Source of the DNA: Octopus vulgaris
Taxonomy: Eukaryota
NCBI GenBank assembly: GCA_951406725.2
Contig: OX597837.1
Span: 3,906,001-3,970,000 of the forward strand
Reading direction: 5' to 3'
Length of the DNA stretch: 64,000 nucleotides
Positions within the stretch are counted from its first letter, which is position 1, and every line of letters starts with the position of its first letter. The position numbers were made by a program, and so were the translations under genes. This document shows, piece after piece, positions 40,490 through 54,050 of the stretch. The notes below the pieces were generated by a model. The model saw only the letters and a list, made by a program, of their open reading frames with translations, made no database searches and had not been told where the DNA came from.

Positions 40490-41410
40490 TGCCACACACT
40501 CTCTCTCTCTCTTTCTTACATTTCTATTTCTATCTCCTTTTTTTCTTACATTTCTATCTCTTTCTTACATTTTTATACCGTATTTGTCTCTCTATCCACT
40601 AGACCCTCTATTTCCGCTCTCACTCTCCCCTCCTCCCTCTCTCTCCCTCTGCCATCGTTTCTCTTTCTGCATCTCTCACAGATCAACTTTCTCACATCTC
40701 ACCCCCGCTCTCAGTTCCTCAACTTCACTCATTCTCTCTTGTATCTATATACCGCCCTCTTTCTTTCTCTCTCTCTCTCTCTCTCTCTCACTGTTACTCC
40801 CCTCCCTCTCTCTGACTCTTTCCTCTCCGCTCCTTCACAGGTCAAACCTTTTTTCCTCTTCCCCTTCTGTCCCCTTGTTTCTTTCTCTACATCACCCTCC
40901 CTGTCCCTTTAATAAACTCTCTTGCACCTCTGTCGCGCCCCCTCTTTCCCTCTCCCCCTTTTTTCCTTCTTACCTTTCCTCTCCCTGCTCCCTCTAAGGC
41001 TCACCCCCTTGTCTCTTTTTTCCTCTTTCTGTCTCCTTCCTCCACACCACCCTCTCTGTCCCTCTACTTCACTCCGTGGTACCTCTATCCTGCCCTCTCT
41101 CTCTCTCCCTCTCCATTTTATCTCTCCGCCTTTCTTCTCCCTGCTCCCCCTAGGGTCCACCCTCTTGTCTCTCTTTTCCACCCTGTCCCTTTACTTTCTT
41201 TCTACTACACCTCTATCCCGCTCACTCTCCCCCTGCTGACCTGCCATTCTTTCTCTTTTTTCTCTCTTTATTTTCTCTTTTTCTCTTTTTTCTCTCTTCT
41301 CTCAGGACAATCCCCTCGTCTCTCTCTCTATCCCCCCTAGCTTTTCTCCTTTCTCTTCTCCCTCTCCGGTCAAACATCTTATCTTTCCTTCTCTCTCTGT
41401 TCCTATATTT
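40490..41410. repeat. Pyrimidine-rich low-complexity tract upstream of the LINE (possible 5' UTR)
   Basis: CT-rich, with internal direct repeats tctccctgctccc..caccc..ttgtctct at ~40980 and ~41135. Confidence 0.6.
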
Positions 41411-41416
41411 CACTAG

Positions 41417-42088
41417 ATGAAAATGGCAAGAAACTGGTCTGCGGGAGAGGTGCAATTGTTCGTCCGCGCTTGGAAGATTGCTGAGGACGACTCGCCGAAC
41501 AATATCATTGCAGCGGCGCTGAAGAGCAATAATTTTTCAAGAACCACCGCCCAGATAGAGCGAAAGAAACGAGAATTTATCCGTTCATACGCTCTAATCA
41601 GGCAACATGTAGACACCCTGGATATCATCCTAGGAGGTGACGGCACCAGGGAAGGCCAAAAGGATGAAGAAAACATCCAGAACCAAACGAAAAACAAAAT
41701 GGAGAAACATAGAACACAGGGAAACAATGACACATGTCCAGCTCCCAACACCACAACTGAAGACCAAAGAGGTGCGATGGCCGCAAGAAAAGAAAAGCAC
41801 CCTAAAATTGATGGGAAACAGGAGGTAAAAGGCGACAAAATCAAAGCTAAAAGAAACCCTGTCCAGAGAAAACAAAAGGACCCCAGCAAGAACTATAAGG
41901 GCAAAGAAAGAAACATCTGCAAATTCTACCTGAAGGGGGACTGCTGGTACGACGTCGAAGGTGCACATGTCGCTTTGCACATCAGAGGCCCTACCAAAAC
42001 CGCACGGACGCGAGACAGGGGTCCCTCCCTCGGGGAGAACAAAAAGAAAAATATAAAAGAAGAGAAAAAGCGCACTGATCACTCCTGA
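41417..42088 (+). CDS. LINE ORF1-like protein: N-terminal Myb/SANT (trihelix)-like motif and CCCH zinc finger (frameshifted near 41965)
   Basis: RNWSAGEVQLFVRAW..IAAAL....FSRTTAQIERKKREF, then ICKFYLKGDCWY with CRFAH in the adjacent frame. Lies directly upstream of ORF2. Confidence 0.6.
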   Translation: MKMARNWSAGEVQLFVRAWKIAEDDSPNNIIAAALKSNNFSRTTAQIERKKREFIRSYALIRQHVDTLDIILGGDGTREGQKDEENIQNQTKNKMEKHRTQGNNDTCPAPNTTTEDQRGAMAARKEKHPKIDGKQEVKGDKIKAKRNPVQRKQKDPSKNYKGKERNICKFYLKGDCWYDVEGAHVALHIRGPTKTARTRDRGPSLGENKKKNIKEEKKRTDHS

Positions 42089-42274
42089 AAGACGATATAC
42101 GGATGTGGTGCGCGGTAACCCAACAAATGGCCAGCTTCACCCAGATGTGAGAAGGGCAGCAGCTGAACAGTAATCTTTTTTGCGCATGGCACAAAAAATT
42201 GTTCTGCAGCTGACCTGGCTACAAGCACAAAGCTGGAACTATCACCGCATAAGGCCACCACCAACAGATGCAGG

Positions 42275-45107
42275 ATGGCCACCACAGACACCAACACCAA
42301 CACACACACCACAAAAATATTTCTACTGAATGTAGGAGGGCTGCTGCGCGGAAACTGTAAAAGGAAAATCTCATTCCTGAGAGACCTTGTGACATGCAAT
42401 CAAGCTATATGCATGGCACTCACAGAAACGCATCTTGAACCCGATATAGGTGATGCAGAAATACACATGCCGCAATATGCAGTCATACGCACAGATAGAA
42501 AAGGGAGGAGCCATGGTGGAGTTGCAATGTACATCCGAGATGACCTCACGCCCCAGGTCCTGCTGTCATATTCAAACTCAGTATGTGAAACTCAAATTGT
42601 ACACATAAGACAACTGAATATCGTCGTATGCACTACATATCGCCCACCAGATGCCACAAAACACTCAGGCATGTTTGAAGACTGCCTAACAAAAATAGAA
42701 GTCCTCACCAACCTTGAACAACACAACAGTGTATTCTTCATGGGTGAATTTAACCTCCCCAATGTGGAATGGCCTGGGGGGCAGATGCTCCCAGGGATGA
42801 CACACCATCAGCAGGCACAGGTGGAGTCCCTGCTCCATCTCACAAATGCCTCTTTCATGGAGCAAATAGTTCTGCAACCATCAAGGGCAGATAATATACT
42901 GGATCTCTGCTTCACAAACAATATGGATATTATCCATAATGTTAATGTGATGCCGACAATGATCTCGGATCACAACATAATAGAGCTGTCTATGTATGGA
43001 ACAAAAGCCCCCGTAGACACACAACCTATACGAAGCATCCACAATCTCTCCAACTTAAACTTTCATAAAGCCAACTGGAAGTTGATTGAGAAAGAGATCC
43101 TCAAACAGGATCGGCCTGAATGTCTCTCCACACCGGACATAAACATGAAACACAAACACTTCATGTCCATAATACAAGCCATATGTGACAAAAATGTCCC
43201 AGTGTGCAGGGCCAGCACACACAAGAAAAAAAACAGGATCCCTAGAGAAAGGAGGATTCTTATGAGACGACGGACAAGGATTGCGAACCGCCTGAGCAAG
43301 CACACCAAAAGTGGTGAGAAGTCTCGGCTCGAAAGAATGCTAATGGAAACTGAGAAAAGTCTACATCAGTCCCATGAAAAGGAGAGAGCAGATAAAGAAG
43401 CTTGGGTAATAGAAAATATAAGATCAAACCCTAAGGCTTTCTTTAAGTTTGCCAAAGAGACAGCCACAGTGCACCAGAGAATAGGACCTCTCTTCCAAAA
43501 AGATGGCTCTCTCACAGGAAATCCCACGAGGATAAGTGAAATACTGATCGAACAGTTCCAAAGTGTGTTCACTACACCTCTAGGACACAGGCAAGTAAAC
43601 AACCCAGAAGAATTCTTTGCCACTTTACCTGCGGCCAAAGAGGCAAAAATTGAGTACATCAACATCGAAGATGATGATATCACACTAGCCATAGATGAGA
43701 TTGACACAAACTCAGCTGCTGGACCTGATGGATTCCCAGCGATCCTTCTCAAATCGTGCAAACGAGCCCTTGCAAAACCGCTACAGCTTCTTTTTCAGAG
43801 CTTTCTTGCAAGTGGTAAGCTCCCAGTCAAATTGAAAGAGGGGGTAATATGCCCTATTCATAAGGGAGGTAGCAGAGCAGATGCTAAAAATTATAGGCCT
43901 ATCTCTCTGACCTCACACATCAGCAAAGTCATGGAACGAATAGTCCGTAAGAAACTAATCATGTTTCTTGAAGAAAATGACTTGCTGTCTGACACCCAGC
44001 ATGGATTTCGACCAGGTAGAGGCTGCCTAACACAGCTCCTACCACACTATGACTGGGTGTTGAAACAGCTACTAAATGGCTCAAAATGTGGATGTAATAT
44101 ATCTTGACTTTGCAAAAGCCTTTGATAAGGTCGACCATGGTATGATCTGTCACAAACTGCGTGGTCTCGGCATAGGCGAAAAACTTGGAGAGTGGCTGCA
44201 CAACTTCCTAAAAGACAGAAAACAGGCAGTTGTGAGCAATGGAGCCACCTCCAAGGAAACGCAAATAACAAGTTCATAGTGGCCCTTTCAGACATGCCTT
44301 CAGTTGCTACGATGACCACCCTTGCTAGCTATGCAGATGACACAAAAGTCTCCCACGCAATACAAAACCCTGAAAATATTGCGCATCTGCAACAGGAGCT
44401 GGACACAATATACAGGTGGGCTGAGGACAACAACATGCAGTTTAATGCAGGTAAGTTCCAGGCCCTGCGCTACTGGCACACAAAGGTAAACGACGTGCAG
44501 ACTGGATACACTGGCCCAGGAAGAATTGCAATCCCTGAGTCAAAATCAGTGCGTGACCTGGGCATTGACATGAGCAATGATGCATCTTTCCAAGTGCATA
44601 TTGCTAATCTGGTGATAAAATGCAGACGGCTAGTTGGATGGATTCTCCGAACTTTCAGAACAAGAGAGAAGGAGACACTGATGGTCCTATGGAAAACATT
44701 CGTCCTCAGCCGCTTGGACTACTGCTCCCAACTGTGGTCACCACACAATATAAAACTAACAGCAGAACTCGAAGCAATTCAGAGAAGCTACACAAAGAAA
44801 ATCGTCTCAATGCAAAATATCAGCTACTAGAAAAGACTGAAGGTATTAAACCTCTTCTCCCTAGAGCGGAGGCGGGAGAGATATGCGGTGATATACATCT
44901 GGAAAATCCTGGAGGGTCTTGTCCCAAACTTTGGCATTCAAAGTTACCTCAACCGCAGAACGGGGTGCCACTGCATGGTGCCAAGGATTCCAACATCACC
45001 ATCAAAATACAGGTCCAGATACTGCAATAGCTTGGGTTTCAGAGGACCACAGCTCTTTAACATCCTCCCTAAATGCCTGAGAGACTTACATGGTGTGGAT
45101 GTGGGTT
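42275..45107 (+). pseudogene. CR1/L2-group LINE ORF2 (AP endonuclease + reverse transcriptase), disabled
   Basis: APE: LTETHL, DRKGRSHGGV, YRPP, LDLCFTN, SDHN. RT: GPDG, NYRPISLTS, QHGFR, YLDFAKAFDKVDH, YADDTK, RDLG, LDYCSQLWSP. Frameshift at ~44075, GVPQG..LGP motif deleted at ~44273, stop at 44828. Confidence 0.95.
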
Positions 45108-45168
45108 TCTTTCCTTCGGGCTAAAACATTTTTAAGGATTTATATATATATATATATGTAAATATACA

Positions 45169-45216
<48 letters not shown>

Positions 45217-45218
45217 GG

Positions 45219-45257
<39 letters not shown>

Positions 45258-45893
45258 ATATATATACATACATGCATGTATATATACGTACATATATATC
45301 TATATCTATATATATATTTATATATTTATATATATATATATATATACGTATATATACATATGTGTATTTATATATATAAACATATGTATGTATGGATGTG
45401 TATATATATATATTTATATATGTTCACATTGACACGAGATTTTATTAGAAGTCTTCCGGAATTTGCTCGCTGTGATTATATTGTTTATTGAACATGCGTG
45501 TCGCAAATGGAAGATCGTTGATAGCTTGCCTACTGCGTCACTCTACAAATACACCTCATGCTAGTTATTTGTGATTATTTTATCTTCTAACTTTCCTAAA
45601 CTTTTATATGAAATATTTATGGTTGCTAACAAAATTTAAGCTATATCACAACGTCATTTACGTCATCTATTTTATGAATCTCGGGAAAATATACGCATGC
45701 TTTTTATAATTATTCATGAATATTTTGTTGGATACAACAGGTGCTTACCTAGTGTTTGTATATATATTCATTCATATACATACGTATATGCATATATATA
45801 TATATATATATATATATGTAAAAATATGTATATATATATATATATATATATGTACACACATATATATGTATATAAATACACACACATATATAT

Positions 45894-45926
<33 letters not shown>

Positions 45927-46135
45927 CTGGCATTTACATATTTATATACATACATATATATGTATATATATGTATATATATATATATTTATATACACATA
46001 TATATATATATCTATACATATATATATATGTCGTCTTCTAAGAGTTATACGTTCTTGTCCATGTTGTATTTTTCTACATACCTTAATATATATATATACA
46101 TATATATACATATATATATATATACAGATATACAG

Positions 46136-46167
<32 letters not shown>

Positions 46168-46319
46168 ATATCTGTATATATATATGTATATATATGTATA
46201 GATACATATATATATATATAAATATATATATATACATATATATGTATGTATATAAATATATAAATGCCAGTATATATGCATATATTTACATATATAGAGA
46301 TATATATATACATATATGT

Positions 46320-46395
<76 letters not shown>

Positions 46396-46619
46396 ATATT
46401 CTTCTATCCTTGATTCAGCCGTTTGCCTGCTGCGAAGCTGGATCACCACATCGAAAGGTGATTTACTCAAACGAATCCATCTTAAACCCTAGAACTTTCT
46501 CTGTTGATCTATTTTGCCGAACCGCAGACAGGAGCAGTTGTCAAGCGATGACTAGACAAACACAGACACAAAGACAAATACACACACACAGACACTCACA
46601 CACGTATACACACACACAC

Positions 46620-46666
<47 letters not shown>

Positions 46667-46727
46667 TACACACACACAGACACACACACACAGACACACA
46701 CACACACACACATATATATAGACACAG

Positions 46728-47110
46728 TAGGCTCAGGCGTCACTGTGAGGTAAGAAGCTTGCTTCTCATCCATATTGTTCCGAGTTCAGTCCCACTGTGT
46801 AGAAACATAGGCAACAGTAGCCTCGTGCCGACCAAAGCCTTATAAGTGTATTTGGTAAATGGAAACTGAAAAAAGTCCATTGTATATTTATATGCGTCTA
46901 TAAATCTATGTATGTATTTGTGTGTGCGTGTGTGTGTGATTTTTATGTTTGTTCCCGACCAACGCTGGACAACGGGTGTTCAGCGTAAGGGACCGATACA
47001 GTAATTATCTGGTTAAAAAATAGTATTGAAGTGAATTTATTCAACTAATTATTCTTGGTGGCGCTTGAGTATGGTTGCTGTCTAATCACATGTAAAAGAA
47101 ACAAATAAAA
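46728..47110 (+). mobile_element. Diverged SINE family B copy
   Basis: aggctcaggcgtcactgtgaggtaagaagc..gttcagtcccactg..ccgaccaaagcc..ggaaactgaaa. Confidence 0.75.
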
Positions 47111-47210
47111 GATAAAAGGAAGATACATACGCATACATTCATACTTATATATATATATATATTTATATATATACATATATATATACATATATATATACAT
47201 ATATATATAT

Positions 47211-47484
47211 TTGTTCCTTCTCGAGCCATCTCTGGCTCATAAGGGCCGGTTTCCTTGGCGTCTAGGTTCCCCACCTGGACGGGACGCCGGTCATCGCAGG
47301 TGAGCTGCAAGATGCAGGAGGAAAGAGTGAGAGAATGTTGTGGTGAAAGAGTCAGCAGAAGTTCGCCATTACCTTCTGCCGGAGATGTGTGTAGCTTATA
47401 AACACACACATAACCCTGTCTGAGATTCGAACCCGCAAACCCTCGACCGGGAGTCCGCTGCTCTAATCACCAGGCCATGTACTT

Positions 47485-47488
<4 letters not shown>
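47211..47488 (-). mobile_element. tRNA-derived SINE family C2
   Basis: tggcctggtgattagagc (A box)..gggttcgaatctc (B box)..cctgcgatgaccggcgtcccgtccagg..ggaaaccggccc..atgagcc. Confidence 0.8.
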
Positions 47489-47519
<31 letters not shown>

Positions 47520-48168
47520 TAGACACACATACACACACACATATAATATACATACATGTATAGATAGATGTATACATACATACAAAATTATATCTATATG
47601 TATGTATACATATATGTATATAAATATATATGTATATATTACATAGTACATTCACGGCTATATACATATATACATGCATACACACCTACACACACACACA
47701 CACACACACTCACACACACATATATATATATGTATGTGTGTGAGTTTATGTATAAGTGTAAATATTTTCCCATCGCCAATCATAATGGCCATTATAATTG
47801 TTTATGATGGTTCAAAAATTTAATGATGTGTTCGGATTCTTTTATGAGGACAATTAAAGACTACTGTTTATTTGATTAAAACTCGTTCTATCGATGGCGT
47901 GCAAGTAACACTAATTAATACAATTGAGTGATTCTTGGAACAATAACCAAAAAAATAAAATTATCTGTAAAACATGTTTTTAAAACCAATTTGTAAGCAT
48001 AATGACACCGGACATGTTTAAAATTACTATTCTCCACTCTAATTGTACTTAAAATTGTAATAAATTAATTTACGAATATTTTTCAAAGGTTAATTCTGTC
48101 ATATACAGATCTAAGTTGGGCAAACTAAATTCGTACAGTGATTTTATTTGAAGCTTATCTCCATATTA

Positions 48169-48732
48169 TTGGGTTGTCCGGAAAGTTCGTGCCGATTTAT
48201 TGTAGCTTACATTTCGACTTATTTTAGAACATTGTTGAGTCCAGAAAAGAGGATTTGACTACACCTCCATTTAGAGCATAGTTTAAGCTATCTTTTTGTG
48301 GAAGAAGGTTTATATTCCTACAACCTGTGTTAATTCTGCTACCCTTTAAAATGGAAGATAAGAAAGTTCATTTTTGGCACTTGATGCTTTGGAAGCCAGA
48401 CAAAAATTGCTGCAGCTCGGCAGGGATGGGTTACCCCACCCTCCATATTCACCAGATATTGCTCCTCCGGATTTACACTCATTTAGGTCTCTGCAGATAG
48501 TCTTAATGGTAAAAATTTCAATTCCTTGTATGACGTAAAAAGATACCTTGATTAATTATTTGCAATGAAACCCCTCAAATCTGGGAAGAGGGTATTTTCA
48601 AGTTAAAGGAAAGATGGAGACGCATTGTGCAACAAAATGGTTCATATTTAGTTGATTAAAAATGTGATGGCAAGTATTTATTGACCTTTTACTTTCCTTT
48701 AAAAATCGGCACGAACTTTCCGGACAGCCCAA
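48169..48732 (+). mobile_element. Internally deleted mariner element with intact TIRs and TA TSD
   Basis: TA-ttgggttgtccggaaagttcgtgccgattt ... aaatcggcacgaactttccggacagcccaa-TA. Reads MEDKKVHF, then HPPYSPDIAPPDLHSFRSL..ERWRRIVQQNGSY. Confidence 0.92.
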
Positions 48733-49299
48733 TATTATTGAATTTTCACTTCAATCTGCACCCGGCAGCGAGGCACTTGTTAAGGAGAGTTCCAGAGACT
48801 TGAAGTGTTATGAAACCATCTCTTAATCACCATTGTTCAATCCGGGTTTGTAGCATCTCTGGGGGTTATTTCAAGGGGTTGATTAGCATGTCACAGAATT
48901 TCTTCCGTAAGAAAGCCATTCAGAGCACTCCAACGGTTCCAGGGTAACGTCAGCTTTTTAACTACTCATCTAAGAGAATATTATTCCATGTAAATCCTAC
49001 ATTCTACTGGCTTCGTGGTAGTTGTTGCACTATACCCGTACGAGTTTGAAGGAAGAGGGAGTGGGGTTGTTCAGTAAACCAAGACACCAGCACAAGAAAA
49101 ACATCACACTTTCTTCATAGGATAGGAAAGATGCGACAGGTACACATATAGCATCTTCCTGAACCCTCACTGTCGAAGTGAAGAGAGAAAGAGAAAGAGA
49201 GAGAGAAAGATACAGACAGAGACACAGAGGGAGGGAGAGAGAGAGAGAGAGAACGCGACTGTTGAAATACATTGAGTTTATTTCAATTAATTTTAAAAC

Positions 49300-50061
49300 T
49301 TACACTCTTACTTGTTTCAGTCATTTGACTGTGGCTATGCTGGAGCACCGCCTTTAGTCGAGCAAATCGACCACAGGACTTATTCTTTGTAAGCCTTGTA
49401 CTTATTGTTTTGGTTTCTTTTGCCAAACCTCTAAGTTGTCAAGCGATGTTGGAGGGGGTGGGTGGAGAAACACAGACACACAAACATATACACACGCATA
49501 CATATACATATATATACATACTAGCAGTATCGCCCGGCGTTGCTCAGGTTTGTAAGGGAAATAACTATAAAGCATTTTTAGAGAGTTATAGCCAAAAAAT
49601 AGCAAAAAAAATGATGGTAATCTTTTTTTTTTTAGTTAAAAAAGGTGGAGTTGCGTCCCCTAGACAGTTTGCGGTTTGTGTTTCTAATTCTCGACCCCAT
49701 GTCGAATTTATCGATTTTTTTCAGAACTGGGGGAACTTTTCAAAATTTTCGCTGCGTTAGTTTTGAATTATGACATTGGGCTATGTGTGTGTTAAGTTTC
49801 ATCAGAATCGGTTGAAAGCCGTGGTCAGGGTGAGGGTACAAGCAAACAGACACACAGAAACACGCACAGACAAACTGCCGTTTATATATAGAGAGATATA
49901 CGACGGGCTTCTTTCAGTTTCCGTCTACCAAATCCACTCACAAGGTGTTGGTCGGCCCGAGGCTATAGTAGAAGACACTTGTCCAAGGTGCCACGCAGTG
50001 GGACTGAACCCGGAACCATGTGGTTCGTAAGCAAGCTACATACCACACAGCCACTCCTGCG
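49300..50061 (-). mobile_element. SINE family B interrupted by a Helitron
   Basis: 3' half at 49300-49520 and 5' half at 49897-50061. Confidence 0.9.
49521..49896 (-). mobile_element. Non-autonomous Helitron copy 2
   Basis: Same CTAG end and hairpin as 7501, TC 5' end, A|T site within the SINE (TA) tract. The internal and 5' sequence differs. Confidence 0.85.
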
Positions 50062-50889
50062 AGGAATTTAATAGTATATTTCTTTCCGTAATATACTGGT
50101 GCTGGGAACATAAATTAACACGAAATTTTGGTGAAAGATTTTCTTTTAGATTATTTTAAATCGTGAATCTTGTATGATAGAACCAAAGCCAGTCTTAGCT
50201 GGGTTCTCAAATAACGTATTATATGAAAATTCGATGGAATGATTTTAATTCAGATCACTCCAAAACAGGTTTGTATGCTAGAGCCATATGCGGTCCAAGG
50301 AAGGTTGATATAAAATGGGTTAATATGGAATTTTGATGAAAAATTTCAATTTAGATTACTTCTATACAGGAAGTTTGTTTTGTAGAACTAAGGGCGGTCT
50401 AAGGCAGGATTAGTAGCAAAAGGGTTACTGTTGTATTCTTTTTACAAATTTTATTCCAATTCCCACTGGTTTAGTAAAGCTATTATTGGTGACACGATAA
50501 TAATTTTTTCACACAAAGAAATTTTATATCCTTACACATAAAACTAGCATCTTCGACTAAAACGCGTTTACGTTCGTTTGTATCGTATTTCGTTTTCTTA
50601 TTTTAGTTGTTCGTGATGTACTGCAGCATTCACTGCTGCAAATGTTGCACGAGTTTCCGCCTCTTGTTCTCTGCCATGTCATGAAATTAAGCGACTTCAA
50701 GCTCATATAATTCTTTTTATATATTTTGATAAAGGAAAAAACAAAGAAAAAGAGGAAGCATGCAAAAACATACGAGCATACACATACGTACACATATACA
50801 AGCACGATTATATGTCTGCATGTATTTAATTTATATACATATGAATAAATACATAAAATACACACATACTTCAAAACTAACTTACTCTA

Positions 50890-50968
<79 letters not shown>

Positions 50969-50981
50969 ATCTATCTATCTA

Positions 50982-51030
<49 letters not shown>

Positions 51031-51365
51031 AAGGCAGGCAACAGGTTGCTTAGCCACATACCGACCAAATTAGAAATAGCAGTCAAAGACTGTTTATTTC
51101 TATTTTCTACAAATAATTACAGGGATATGTCGTATGTGGAGTCTTATTTGTAGAAAATAGAAATAAACAGTCTATGACTGCTATTTCTATTTTTTTCGGT
51201 ATGTGGCTAAGCAACCTGTTGCCTACCTCTTTCATTTATATACAAAATATATATTGAACTTTTACAGAAGTTCCTACCGTTAACGGTTATATTTACATGC
51301 CGAAATCTACCAGTAAATAATTGTTGGTTTTTTAAAAACTCTTAAACCTATTATTTATTCTTATT
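51031..51365 (+). mobile_element. Hairpin derivative of the 15231-15725 element (also 53836-54842)
   Basis: ~85-bp inverted arms 51031-51116 / 51145-51228. The remainder is the reverse complement of 15231-15368. Confidence 0.8.
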
Positions 51366-51654
51366 ATATATATATATATATATATATATATCTCACATGA
51401 CCGACCAGCCCATCAGATGTTGTTACACATCGCTGGTCACAATGCGTTCGCATGGTTTTAGCCTTCGAATGACGCCACACCGCTGGCTAAGCGAGCAGGC
51501 CATATATATATATATATATATATATATAAATGCGTGTGTGTTTGTGTGAGTGTGTGTGTCTGTGTATTTATATCTGTGTGTATATTTTATGTATGATTTG
51601 TGTATGAGCCTACATTGTGCATGCATAAAGTTATATATATATATATATATATAT

Positions 51655-52063
51655 CTAATGAAGGATAAAATTTTTTTCGAAAAAAATATTCTTTTCCCCA
51701 AAAAATTCTATCAATGGCCAGCATATCAAAAAATACCTTTAAAGGTTAAATCTATAAACAATTCATAATTAAGGGCAAACGAAAAAATTTCTAATGCCAA
51801 ATATGCCGAAAAATTGGACATATTGTCCATTAACCATATAATTTTTTCACAATATGCACGCTACTCAAAAAAAGGTCGACAGTAATTTCTAAAACATTCC
51901 ATTATTACCATATAGGACCGATTTCAGGGTTAGCTTATAACAGCACTCCCTTCGTCAGTGATACATGTGGCAGATATAAATAAATGGGATACTTACTCAT
52001 ACCCATGGAAGAAGCGAACACTAAGTCATGAGCACAATTAAGTACCCCAAATACATCCAAATG
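51655..52063 (-). mobile_element. ~410-bp hammerhead-bearing module present only in duplicate copy 1
   Basis: CTGACGA-aggg..ccct-GAAAT-cg-GTC at 51916-51958 (minus strand). Flanked by tatatatct on both sides. Empty site at ~54992-55012. Confidence 0.7.
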
Positions 52064-52364
52064 TATATATCTGTATATAAAGCTGACGTTGTCTGTGTGT
52101 GGCAGGTTTGGTAGCCTTCAACTAACAATATCTCCTCCGAGACCCTGCGGCGCAAGTTGACTAAAATTGAGAGTATGATAGAAGAAGGCTTGCTTTTCCT
52201 TCCGTAGAAGAAACAATTCAAATCGGACCATGTTAACACCAAAAATTATTTACATCAAAAAGGTGCTTTTTTTCTATGGAAATCGCTACTATTTTACGAT
52301 ATTTTGACTGCGTGTCGCCATTATTCGGTGTATTTCAACCAGAAAAATAAAATATATGTGTGCG

Positions 52365-52399
<35 letters not shown>

Positions 52400-52464
52400 T
52401 CACGTAGCAAATATTCTATCTCATCCTATCTCGAACCTAAACATTCATATATACTCTCATACGC

Positions 52465-52530
<66 letters not shown>

Positions 52531-52717
52531 ATCCGTAAGTTGTTTTAGGTCGAACGAATGAGAAGGATATGCCCAACAATATATATTGTGGAGAATATGT
52601 TTTTTTTATTGAAATTGAATCTGTGTATCTTTGCGACACGAATTTCTATAAGAAGCTATACATGTGTGTCAGTATACCTACTTATATGTGTGTATGTATG
52701 TATATGTATACACACAC

Positions 52718-52756
<39 letters not shown>

Positions 52757-53454
52757 AATAAAAATACGCACACGCACATATATATATGTGTGTGTGTACG
52801 TAGCTTTTATGTTTTAGGAAAGTGTCATTATCGAAAAGCGAGAGAATATTCATTAATCTAAAAAGCGTACAATCTCACGAATCAATCCTATCCGTTCAGA
52901 ACATGAAGAAGGAGAATATATATTTGAGCTCTCTTTACCATCCCAACACTTGTGAAACCTTTCAAGAAATTTAACGCTGCAGGCTCGGTTGAAGATCTTT
53001 CTAAATCTAGAATTTCAAACGGCATCAATGAAACAAAACCTTGTAGTACTCTTCATTTTTAACAAGACCGATACGTTTCAGTAGGTTAGGTTTTTATTTT
53101 CTATGGTACTATTCAAAGATGTCTAAATCCGTGTGATTTAATAAGTTCTAATTTGTCTTTTCAGAAAGTAATGAACAGCAGTAAATATGCTAATACTAGT
53201 AAGTTTGTTTACAAACGTCATATTCATATTAAGTCAATTATACATTTTCAACGTTAATTCTGCCATATAATCCTTTTTATATATTTTGATAAAGGAAAAC
53301 ACAAATGAAAAGAGGAAGCATACAAAAACACACGAGTGTGCACATATACAAGCACGATTATATGTGTGCATGTATTTAATTAAATACATATGGTTAAATA
53401 CGTGCAATACACACATACTTCAAAACTAACTTACTCTATCTATCTCTCTGTCAG

Positions 53455-53592
53455 TCTTGTTTACCAACCACATGGTTCCAGGTTCAGTCCCACTCCGTGG
53501 AACCTTGGGCAAGTGTCTTCCACAATAGCATCGGGCTGACCAAAACCTTGTGAGTGGATTTGGTAGGCGGAAACTGAAAGAAGCCCGTCGTA

Positions 53593-53625
<33 letters not shown>

Positions 53626-53810
53626 GCGTGTTTGTGTGTCTGTGTTTGTCCCCCAAACATTGCTTGACAACCGATGCTGGTGTGTTTATGTCCCCGTTAC
53701 TTAGCGGTCCGGCAAAAGAGACCGATAGAATAAGTCTTGGGGTTGAGTTGCTCGATCAAAGGTGGTGCTCCAGCATGGCCGCAGTCAAATGACTGAAACA
53801 AGTAAAAGAG
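53455..53810 (+). mobile_element. SINE family B, 5'-truncated, only in duplicate copy 2
   Basis: Absent from the paralogous position 50890-51030. Confidence 0.9.
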
Positions 53811-54050
53811 TATATATATATATATATATATGTAAGACAGGCAACAGGTTGCTTTGCCACATACCGAAAAAATTAGAAATAGCAGTCAAAAACTGTTTAT
53901 TTCTATTTTCTACAAATAATTACTGGGATATGTCGTATGTGGAGTCTCATTTGTGGAAACTAGAAATAAACACTGTATGACTGCTATTTCTAATTTTTTC
54001 GGTATGTGGCTAAGCAACCTGTTGCCTACCTCTTTCATTTATATACAAAA

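Larger units (their letters stand above)
49258..50428 (+). mobile_element. piggyBac-like MITE with ~115-bp internal repeats, interrupted by SINE B
   Basis: 49258-49298 plus 50062-50428 align with 56504-56690 (starting TTAACCCTTT). Right end aaagggtta. Three diverged units of aaattttgatg..ttagat..tagaac. Confidence 0.55.

Noticed and set aside
49030-49272. Minus-strand ORF behind a (CT)n tract as a possible exon
   Set aside because: The pyrimidine tract is a microsatellite and the peptide is unrecognisable.
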